A stretch of DNA of 64,000 bases from Setoptus koraiensis (lineage: Eukaryota; Animalia; Arthropoda): positions 4,030,001 to 4,094,000 of the forward strand of contig CM106585.1 in NCBI GenBank assembly GCA_048013815.1. The letters run 5' to 3'. The position numbers and the translations under genes are program-made. Under the pieces are notes generated by a model. That model was not told where the DNA came from, did not search any database, and saw only the letters and a program-made list of their open reading frames with translations. Positions 1 through 9,800 of this stretch are shown here, piece by piece. How positions within the stretch are numbered: position 1 is the first letter of the stretch; each line of letters opens with the position of its first letter.

Positions 1-432
1 TAAATGATAATTAGTTTTGCGTAGTTTGTGGCGCATCTTTTCGCACAGCCATATCGCACACGACTAGCGGCAACGAGTGGCACCTATGTGGGCGCCACTC
101 GTTGCCGCCAGCTGGGGGGGGATCTTGGTGGGCGCAGTTGTGCAGTCTATTTTGAGAGCAGTTCATTTTAATTGCAATGTAATCTGGCGCTTTTGCAGTG
201 GCGCTAGATGCCAAGCGCGACACATCTGATCAGATGTGAGTGGATAGTGGTTGCCCGATGGTTGAACAGGGCCAACATTTGGGCGGCCACGAGCGCGCAT
301 TTATTACATGTGTGCGCAATTTATAATATAAATCGTCACATATACACACATATCACGAACGAATAACGCGCTAATATATACATATTGCTGACAACTTCCG
401 GTTGTTTGCACGCGCCCAGCACAACAGTTCCG

Positions 433-504
433 GGAACAGACAGATATTCTGGAAACAGACAGATATTTCGGAAACAGACAGATATTTCGGAAACAGACAG
501 ATAT
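433..504. repeat. Tandem repeat, about 4 copies of the 19-mer GGAAACAGACAGATATTTC
   Basis: Units at 451-469 and 470-488, partial unit 489-504, degenerate unit 433-450; head-to-tail with no spacers. Confidence 0.85.
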
Positions 505-1470
505 GCTGCTCTTATAGTATGTGGTCGGGTACATTCGATCAGAGTTATTATTGACATTGGCATTTGCTGATCGGAATAACGCTGTCGGCACAACACGAGC
601 TGTGTGCTGTTGTTGTTGTTGCTGGTCGCGTTATCCAATCAGACACGCCGACACTGGAGTGTACAATTACCGTTAACTTTTCTCGCGACTCGCTAACTGC
701 ACTACACACACCAGACGCGATTCACTGTAACAGCTCATGAATATACACTGACAACTTGTGAGTGCGCCGTATGTTTCAAATTGGTACCTCGAGCTTGCCG
801 GCTCGACGATCGGCCGGCTGGCGAGCTAAGCCAAAACTGCATCTTGTCGTGAATGTCGCGTGAATGTGGCTGCGCGATCCGATGCGACTCGCTCAAGGTC
901 ACCCCAGCCAATCAGCCAGCTCGATCAGCCAATGCTCACAGAGCGATCGAGAGGTGCGTGCCTCAAGTCCAATTGTTACTCGCTCATCATTGGCAAGTTA
1001 CGTCATTGGTGTCAAACTGTAACGACATGCCGCCTTGTACATATGGCATAACGGTCACACGTTAGCTTGTGCAAGACACACGGCTTGTTGTGCTCGTTGC
1101 CAGATTTGCCAATGCGGACCAATAAGTATGTCAACACCCATAATGTACCAATTAAATTTAACAAGATTGACATCTGTCGGATAACGATGACGACAATAAA
1201 TAAATTCTAAAATGACCTTTAGACTCTGATCATTACTTATCTATTTCTGGGCCCAGCCCCAGCATACGCACAACAAATAAATGTGTAATGGTGGTTGAGC
1301 ACGGCACACAATTGATTGCACGAGCAACGAAAAAACAATTCTCCTCGTCGGCAACTAAACACACACTTATCGGGCCTCGCCACGCCAACGTCGCCGCTTC
1401 TTTTTGGTGGCGCCCCCTAAACATGACAGATTGCATTTTTGTTGGCGCATTCTCTCAATTTTTCACTCCA

Positions 1471-1895
1471 TTAAACCGGCCGCACCGCAACCTGATCTCT
1501 CGAAAGTCCGACCAGATTCTCTGTTACACGATGCTCGCTTGTCGTCCAAATTACCTTGTCTCTTGTTTCGCGCTCGCGGCCCGAATCGGGCGTAAATGCA
1601 ATAGTTTGCCGCTCTCCATCAACTGGCTTTCGATCAAATGCACTTGGCCTAATTCCTCGATGGCCTTCCGCCGAATTCGGAGCCAAGTGCCCAAAGTCCG
1701 CGAGCTTGTCCCATCCGGCGATGCCCGCAATCATCAGCTGCCATCGAAACGGCACAACATGAGAATGGCGCCCAGATTTCATTGATTCGAGTGCTCACCT
1801 GTCCTATATGGCACGAACGAACGCCAACATCTGCTACTGTCTTATCATCTGCTGCTGTCCTTCGAATCGGAATTTGGGGCCCCAGTATCTCGCTC
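1471..1895 (-). CDS. Putative last two coding exons of an unidentified gene (exons about 1895-1799 and 1737-1471)
   Basis: CAG|GTGAG donor at 1799/1798 and GGCAG acceptor at 1738/1737 join two open frames in phase across a 61-nt intron, giving ...VADVGVRSCHIGQ|LMIAGIAGWDKLADFGHLAPNSAEGHRGIRPSAFDRKP...VAVRPV*. Sequence is not low-complexity but I do not recognise the family; upstream exons were not located. Confidence 0.35.
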
Positions 1896-2967
1896 CTTGT
1901 GTTTATATATGTATGTGTGTGTGTGTGTGCTGTTGTCGAAGTGGGGCGTGGGCGCCTCATACATGTGCGCCATTATCACTACATACTGTATACATTAATG
2001 ACAGTATCGGCACGCGAAGGCTCAAAGCCCGGCACGTCCAATCGTTCAAGGTAACAGAATAAGCGATGATTTGCTGACCTCGAATTGTGTGCGTGCGTGT
2101 GTGTGGGCACATCCGATGGCCTATATTGGTAGTGGTGGGGGATATGATCAATGAGACTCGCCACTTGTATTAATAAGACGTAATAATGGACAATAGCGTC
2201 AGGTGAGGATTATCGATCACTTGGCCAACACCATTATCAGTGTTCACACTGAATGACACTCTCTGCCTGCGATGCGATCATATCCAATAACTCGAATAAG
2301 AAGTAACAATAATGAATAATATCAAGCTTGCACGTAGCACATTATCATTACTGAATGGGGCCGTTTGTTCGAAAGTATTAATGATAGGGCCGAAGAAAGA
2401 ACATAATCACATCATTGACCACTGTCATCAGTCGCTGAAAGGATTCTTGTTTACACGCTAGAATAATGATGGACAGTAATAATATCAGCATGCTCACTGC
2501 ACCTAATCAAGCCGAGTCATAGTTTGCGAAAATCAAATATCTGACGAATCATAGCCAAATATTCGCTGCAGCTTTTCTTTTATTCTATTATTCTCTCAAG
2601 TTGAGGACAAATCAACTTTGTTCATCAGTGCGAGACAGCGTCCGTATCTATTATCAACATGGGGCTACTTGTAATCGTCGGAAAATTTGATAGCTCATCG
2701 CATCAGTAAACTATACGAGTTATCCGAGTTGTCGTCAAACAAAAACACGCAATTATTCTTCTGATATCATCCTGATTCCGACAGTTGTTTACTTTTTTAG
2801 CTGTTGATTGGTACTAGCCTGATTATAGTGTCAATGAGACGCTTTTGAGTCACTTCTCAGGAATGTCTCAAATTGTACTAATAAAAGGATGGCCCGCTTG
2901 AGTACAGATGCATCACACCTCACTAAATACCAAATGGAGGTAGTCAACTTGCCGGTGCTGTCACTGG

Positions 2968-5106
2968 TCATCCCAAAAATCTAGTTAGATAATTCACGGC
3001 TCCAGAGATTAATTCGACAATTTTCTGGATGTTGGTAGGCTCAGGAGTAGACCAGTTACCTGAAATCAAATTCTCATATTGTTCATCGGGGAGACGCAGT
3101 TCCTTGATGCGGCCTATCAAAGACCTTACCCATTCTATGTACCTAGGGTTCGATGTATCGATGCCTTGATCTTTTCCGTGCAATACTGTTGCCTCTTCAA
3201 GATCTGTTAAGCTGGATAATCGAAGTGATAAACATTTGTTGACGACATCGATTACTTGTTTATTCTGAGTACAAAACCTTTTTTTATCCTCTTCCCGTAC
3301 ACAGTTGAGGCTGAGATTTTTCGGCGTGGCACTGAGTATTGCTAGAGCAATCAAGCGTATTGTAGGGATATGAAAATAATTAATAAGTAGATAGCACCCC
3401 TTTGCTCTAGCCCAATCCGGATCGTTTTCCTTTACATCGTCGTTTTTGACAATCAGAGCTTTAGCTAAGATCTCATCTACGCTTCTTCGAGGGAGCCATC
3501 GATTTTTGCTGATTATTTTTTTATTGAATTTTCCCCCCATCGGGGATTTAAATTCAATAAGAGAAAATTTATGACTACAGAATTCAATTTCTTCCATGCA
3601 ATCGTATATATTAGAATGCTCGTTGGTTTGCTTGTTTTTTCTTGGCATGCCGATACTGTCCATAAATTTGGCCCCAATTTCAGCATATTTCACAGCATTA
3701 TCTTTGCTCATTATTATTACCGAATCATCACCACTGATTTTGCCTCCATAATTTATCGAATGACCTCTGGTCAAGCATTTCATTGTCCAAGAATGCATGT
3801 CATTTACTTTAACACCTTGACTATAAGCAGCTCGGGACATTGTTACAACAATATTTGTGATGGTGTTCATTGAGTAAGTTACTCTTCGACCGGAAGCGAC
3901 TTGCCCTTGTTGACGAAAGATTACCCATTCGTTTCTGCCCTGATCATCTGCTGGTCTCTCTATTTTCGTTAGAGGATACGCATACAGTCTATACATGGCA
4001 TGAATTTCTTTTTTGTAACTCTCGTCACTAGTTAGTAATTGCAAAAATTGAGCTTCCATGCACAACATCGAGTAGCTGACCTTTGTGTCCCACCCGGAAA
4101 CGTCATCGCAAACTGCCCTGGCACTTGGTATTTTCGTAAAAATATTGTTGAGTTCTTCACCATAGTCAGTTTGAGGTACTCCACTGATACTATATGGCAA
4201 TTCTTTCAACAAAGTGTCCAAGTTACCAAATAATTGATTTTCGTATATCCTTGCAGTGCCACATAGTGCCCAAATAAGTCTGCCTTTCTTGACGGGCCCT
4301 TGCGTCGGTTCCTTCTTAACCTCTGGCTTTGGACTTAGGCTAAAAACACTGGTCTTCGATTTGCCCATCAGTAGACAGTTCTTTAAATCTTGAACTCTTG
4401 GCTTCCAACAATCTACGTCGTTAATGTACTCCTCCATAGAGTCGTAACCAAGTCTTGGCCAACCAAGAGATCCTTTCTTGTTTGTTTTTCCTATGACTTC
4501 ATTGTCCGTTAAACGTCTCAATTCGCATCCACGTTTCTTGACAAGAAAAGACGCTATAGCTTTATAGCATTGCCACATTCGCTCAAAATGTTCATGATGT
4601 TCACAAGGCGCTTTGTCTATTTTAGATTTGACGATTGCATAGGAATCCCTTGGATCATCAGATGTGATCTGCCATTTTTCAAAGTTTTCTATCAAAGGCA
4701 AGATCGGTTCAACGATATTGTGAATCAATGCACTCTTTCGCGTTGAGCGCTTACTCTTTTTCTTCTTCTTCTTTCCTTGATGGATTCGACCGATCTCCAC
4801 AAGAAATCCGGTCTCTTGGGTGATAGAACTTAGCCACGCGCTGGACTGATATCCGCTTTCAGCGGCAGAGATAGATTCTATCTCTTCATTAATGTCGAGC
4901 ATAGCAAGCTTAGTCACGCCAACCGGCAGAGTTCCTATCGACGGCCATTTTCTTCTGACCGTGGGATATTTGTTGCCAAAACCCGTAGTGTCTACATCTT
5001 CCATCTGACATACTACTACCGGTGGCTTGCTTTCGGCGGTGCCCGGGAGAAACCATTTTTTTGCTAACTTGATCACAGTCAAAATCGATTTTCCCAGTGG
5101 GGCCAT
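2968..5106 (-). CDS. NS5: Endogenous viral element: jingmenvirus-like (Flaviviridae-related) NS5 RNA-dependent RNA polymerase, intact 712-aa ORF without the methyltransferase domain
   Basis: Flavi-type RdRp motifs in the correct order: G (KGSLGW), F (KPEVKK...KGRLIW), A (DDVSGWD, 4087-4107), B (QVASGRRVTYSMNTITN), C (SGDD, GDD at 3724-3732), E (EFCSHKF), thumb (PRRSVDEILAKA; LINYFHIPTIRLIALAILS). YRLYAYP, GQVASGR, DYGE and NYFHIP resemble jingmenvirus segment-1 proteins as I recall them more than classical flavivirus NS5. First ATG is 5106 (context AAAATGG); the ORF track start at 5145 is a TTG. Confidence 0.93.
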   Translation of the reverse strand: MAPLGKSILTVIKLAKKWFLPGTAESKPPVVVCQMEDVDTTGFGNKYPTVRRKWPSIGTLPVGVTKLAMLDINEEIESISAAESGYQSSAWLSSITQETGFLVEIGRIHQGKKKKKKSKRSTRKSALIHNIVEPILPLIENFEKWQITSDDPRDSYAIVKSKIDKAPCEHHEHFERMWQCYKAIASFLVKKRGCELRRLTDNEVIGKTNKKGSLGWPRLGYDSMEEYINDVDCWKPRVQDLKNCLLMGKSKTSVFSLSPKPEVKKEPTQGPVKKGRLIWALCGTARIYENQLFGNLDTLLKELPYSISGVPQTDYGEELNNIFTKIPSARAVCDDVSGWDTKVSYSMLCMEAQFLQLLTSDESYKKEIHAMYRLYAYPLTKIERPADDQGRNEWVIFRQQGQVASGRRVTYSMNTITNIVVTMSRAAYSQGVKVNDMHSWTMKCLTRGHSINYGGKISGDDSVIIMSKDNAVKYAEIGAKFMDSIGMPRKNKQTNEHSNIYDCMEEIEFCSHKFSLIEFKSPMGGKFNKKIISKNRWLPRRSVDEILAKALIVKNDDVKENDPDWARAKGCYLLINYFHIPTIRLIALAILSATPKNLSLNCVREEDKKRFCTQNKQVIDVVNKCLSLRLSSLTDLEEATVLHGKDQGIDTSNPRYIEWVRSLIGRIKELRLPDEQYENLISGNWSTPEPTNIQKIVELISGAVNYLTRFLG

Positions 5107-5739
5107 TTTCTCACAATCAGTAATCTTCAAATGCGATAAACCCAAGTTAAAAAAATATATACAATATACAAATATGATAATACATACAAATGCGTTCGAT
5201 TTATGTCAACAGGTCTTAGGTTGACCACTCATAATACTTCATCGCAAAAAATGCAATATTTCATTCGCGTGTCACCAAATAAAACAATTTACTTAAAATG
5301 ATGACTCATTCTGCATTCTATAACTTCCAAAATTAGCTTTACATAAACCGTCTAACCCTATCATATTCACAGACAATAGATATTAATAAACAGAATATGA
5401 CGTGGCTTTGTTTATCTTCAATCTGTCCACAGTAGTTTGTTGATCTAATCAACTCCATCCATCTGATTCACTTTTATTGCTCTAGATTAGCTATAAAAGG
5501 CTTGTCAATCGTCGTGCAACAATTGATAGACATACAGATCGTGTTGTTGATGCTTCTCGAACAATCCGCTCTATGTGTCCTCTTGCCAGTTCAAACTTCG
5601 CAAGCAAGTGCTAATTAGTGTATTTTGCCGCATCTAGGTGGAATCATCATTTTGTCAGTGTCTCACCGATTCTACCAACATAGTTCACGGTATCAACCAC
5701 GCATATCAGCAATTCGAATCTATTCAGACGCTGCTCACT

Positions 5740-5789
5740 GTGGTGTTTTATTAGTTAATTAAATAGTTAATTAACTAATAAAACACCAC
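5740..5789. repeat. Perfect 23-bp inverted repeat with a 4-nt loop
   Basis: GTGGTGTTTTATTAGTTAATTAA (5740-5762), loop ATAG, exact reverse complement TTAATTAACTAATAAAACACCAC (5767-5789). Confidence 0.95.
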
Positions 5790-6211
5790 TTAGTTCATTA
5801 AATATCAAATTGTAAGTACTCAAGATCGACCACTCTAGCCTCTCATCATGTTTCATCGGACATACTTTTCGAATTAACTTGATCTTTAATTATGTTTTAG
5901 TTCCCTCAACTCTATTTATGCTCAAATGGCCATTTTGATGCTTGGTACTGGTGTTGAAAATAAATTGATACCATTCGACAGAATAGAAAGTTTCGTTTAC
6001 TTGCATCGAATTGGTATTGAGATGAGACGTATTCTTTTACAAGACGTCAGAATTGGTGGTCGAAACCACTCATGATTATTTTTCCTAAGTTCATAACGCG
6101 AGATTTTTCGTTTTTCACCTGTCGAAATCGTGCATATCCAGGTTATTTTATATCATTACTCAGTTTTTTCCTAAAAATAGACTACCCACCTAACAAGATA
6201 TCTCGATTAAC

Positions 6212-6683
6212 ATGTCTGTATTTCGGTTACCGAGCTCGATATTCATTGTAGCTTGTATTGGTAGCTTTATTTTAAACAACGAAGCTCCTCCAACACAAGA
6301 TAGGACCATGTAAAAAAATTAATGTGTAGAAGGTCGCGAACAATCGATTCAGTGGACGAATTCTTAGACTTCAACAATGATTTGGAACTAGTACTAGCGC
6401 ACAGTAGAATCAATCAACAAATAATCGCGCAAAATATCAACCAATGTACGCGGAATGCTGATAGTCTGAGGGATTTTGGAGAATTCGAGCACATTGTGCA
6501 ACTATTGGAAGAAATTTATTTCGTTTGTGAACCATATTTTAGCAGCAAATTTATCGATTAGTTTTTTGTGATCATGCATTAGTCTAATACATCGGGCAGC
6601 GCTTGATTGAGGGCTGTCGTGATATCAAAGGCAGAGTTTGTCTGGAGGTCTACATTATGTTGCGACATTTATGTCTAGCTCTA
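6212..6683 (+). pseudogene. Degraded paralogue of the secreted protein at 51151-52227
   Basis: ATG 6212 gives MSVFRLPSSIFIVACIGSFIL (compare MSVNKVLSFLLIVGVVSCFL), then TAA at 6311 and a frameshift. Frame 6322-6561 CRRSRTIDSVDEFLDFNNDL...INQCTRNADSLRDFGEFEHIVQLLEEIYFVCE aligns by eye with CKDRVKSLDSVSKFIEFANEL...IDDCLNSYDGVGDVREMKEMVQALPTYHSVCE. Further stops follow 6559. Confidence 0.7.
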
Positions 6684-6863
6684 CCATTGTATTCGGCCAA
6701 TATCGAAGGTCAGTAAAACAATAGAAAAGTTGTTGCGATATATGGAATTCTTCAATTTCACGGAAATAAGGTCGAAGGGAGATGGTCCAACAAATGTTTG
6801 TAAATATTTAATCAAAAATCTGAGTTAGTTTATTGACTGTGATTAATAAACTATAATTTCAGT

Positions 6864-9800
6864 CTATAATACATTATCACCGTTCATTATGAGCATGACC
6901 TGTTGAAGCTTAGATGACAGTTTGCCTTTTCTGGAGAATTCATCTTCTTCTAAGGTCTGTATAAGTTGCTCTTTGTATTTAATGGCATATTTGTAGAGTT
7001 CATTCAAAGAGACATTAGTGTTGAACTCATGTGCATGCTGGCGAGATTCCTCGGCTAGCATAGCATTCATATCATGTTCGCTTATCGGAGGCATCATTCC
7101 AATATCATTATAATACCTCTCTACCCAATCCTTGTATATTGGTATGTCTTTGGCATAGAGCAACTTGCTGCTAGGAGAGTCCTTGCCCAAACGATGTTCC
7201 GATGTCGAGCAGGCATCCATAAATGTTTGGGCAACAACTGACAGGCACGAGTCCACAATATTGGCTTTGTTGATGTCGAAAACAAAGTTTGGATTCTTTA
7301 TGAGGTTAACCCAGAATCTCAGAGGTAGACTGTTGGATTTCCATGTGTGAACAACTTCGGGGTCCGTTATTCCTGTTTATGAGAGATGCAAGATGCGATA
7401 CATTCAGTTAGACTATCTGTTCTAAAATACGAAGGGGAGTAGTTTTGCCTTTGTGAGAATCAACAACTTACCATGACCTCTGGCCTGATCATCTAGAAAA
7501 TCGAACATGTATTTTATTGCCAAAGGCAACGAGGATCCTCGACCTGCAGTGCTAAATATCGTCTCAAAAAGATCATCGACAAATCGCTGAAGAGTTCCTT
7601 TTGTGGCTAGTAGTCTCGTTAGGTAAATTTCGCTAACCATTTTACCCGATCGCTCGCCCTCTTTGTAATCATTATCGTGGTGTCTCACTAAATGCCAATA
7701 CTTGCATCCATTATCTGCATCGTTGTTCAGAGGTGATGTTGCTCTGCTCATGGGAGGCGAGCACGTTTTACCGAATCCAAAGTTGAGTGTTTCATAACGA
7801 TGCTGCTTATCATATTTATCAGACAGTATTGTTAGATTATATAGCGAATTCTGTCGTGTGACAAGCGTCAGGTTAGCTCCATCTGGGACTCGATAGTGAG
7901 CCAAAGTATTCAATCTTCTCCACTCTCCTTCCGATTTGGAGGTATGATCTTCGTCCGACATGATGATTCTAATTGACGCGTTCGCTCTCCACTCTATGTC
8001 CAAGCTCTCTTTGGAAAGTCTCTGTGAATAAGGTGTACTCTTGTAGATGGCATCAATTGCTTTTTCTTTGACTTGACTAATAGTGTCACAATCCAAAACC
8101 TTGACTGGAGTCTCCAGGTTATCTGTTTGGAGATCCACTCCGGAGAGGTATGCGGTTTGCGTGGATATTGAGACGAAAACTGTCATAGGCTTGTAATCGA
8201 TAGACTGACGGATGAGCTTCTCCTCTGACAGAGAACATCTGGCTTCATTAGTAATAGAATCGACAGGTCCCTTATTCACTTGATGTTTAATAGACTGGTA
8301 CATGAGGAAGAGAGGTTCACCGGCACATTCTCTCAGGAATTTGTAGAGTAAGAATGTGAACCAGGATGAAAGCATTTTTTCAGCCACTGACTCAGTCCTT
8401 CTTAATAAGAGTTTTGGGTGACTACGGCTTTCCATGCTCTTTTCAATTAATTCTGCCAAAAGTGTTTTTAGAATATCAGTACAATATTCCATTTTCCCTT
8501 GGAGGGTTACCATAATCAAGGAGGCTACGTTCACTCTATCGCGCATGGAAAAGTACCTGTTTGATTCTAATGTTCTGATGAAGAGGAGCAAGAATGTTTT
8601 GTTCAGCATGAGCTGTCCAAACAATCGTAGACCAGTCTCGAGGTTAGCTCGGATGGCAGGATCCACCTGCATCTCACTCAATACCGGATGATCGTCCATG
8701 TTTGGAAACAGAACTTTCATGGTATATATTCTGTAATCTAAGTACGGGATTCCACCAGCTTCTAAATCGTCCGTCAGATCTGTCATTTCCGTCTGTAATT
8801 CGGTGAAAGCTTGTTTGGCCTCGCTGGCTACTTTCATCTCAAGAACGTCCATTTGTTCTTGCATTGTCTTTACAACACGGTTGCTTTCACTGGTCTTGCG
8901 CTTGTAAGCGATCAGTATTACTATGACTACTACTATCAACAGGCAACTACCAATTATCACAACTAGAAGTAATGGTTTAGGTAATACTCGATCTGCAGCA
9001 TTCAAAGAATCATAGCTTAGTTTTCCGATGGTAAAGTTAAGCGAATTTCCAACCGTGACAGTGACATCAGGCAATTTACCAACATCTATGTTTCCTTGCC
9101 ATGTTAAAGCCGCCGGTTGGGTCGGCGGGGGTCGACAAGTTAATTGAGTACGACTTAATGAAGTTACGTTGCATATACCATTGCCAATTTTCACGATCAC
9201 ATCGTTTTCTGAAGAGGCTCTATCTAAATTTTTACCATTGATTGTAAGGTAATCACTCTTATAGTACTTTATATGACTTTCTTCAGGGAACGGCTTGTAT
9301 TCTGGATTAACATACATGAGGAACATGGGCAAACGGTTTACTTTACGACTAGCCAAATTATGTACGCTGTCTACATGATCCATAATAAAACCGTAATCCA
9401 GCTCTATTGGATCTTCTGCAGATGTTTTGAATGGGTCCAATTTCTCTTGAGGCACTGCTGGGCTGGCACACTTCATTTCAGTGGAGCTGTCGACATTACA
9501 TTGGCTAATGTATTTGACGCCATCCACTATTACGTACATTTTTGGATCTTGTATACACATAAGATTTTTTCCTTTCACATAAACGTTGATACCACCAGCT
9601 GGAATACCTCTAGGTTGATTCAGAGTGTTTCTAGATGAAGTGCCCTGAGTTGGATGACTTGATGATACATAATCGACTTCAGGATCTTCAACATATAAAA
9701 AGTTGTAGTCAGGAAATGATCTTAGACCGTTGTCGAATCTTATTGATACTGCCTGCTGTTCAGATTTATCACTGCGACTAGTAATACATTCAGCGACGTT

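Noticed and set aside
433-504. 19-bp repeats resembling a CRISPR array
   Set aside because: Head-to-tail with no unique spacers, no cas genes, eukaryotic context.
1690-1715. KLADFG resembling a kinase DFG motif
   Set aside because: No HRD, VAIK or APE motifs, and the ORF ends too soon for a kinase C-lobe.
5146-6200. Possible viral methyltransferase or other jingmenvirus segments next to the RdRp
   Set aside because: No open frame or recognisable MTase, NS3 helicase or glycoprotein motifs here or elsewhere in the window by eye; TBLASTN is needed to exclude decayed remnants.
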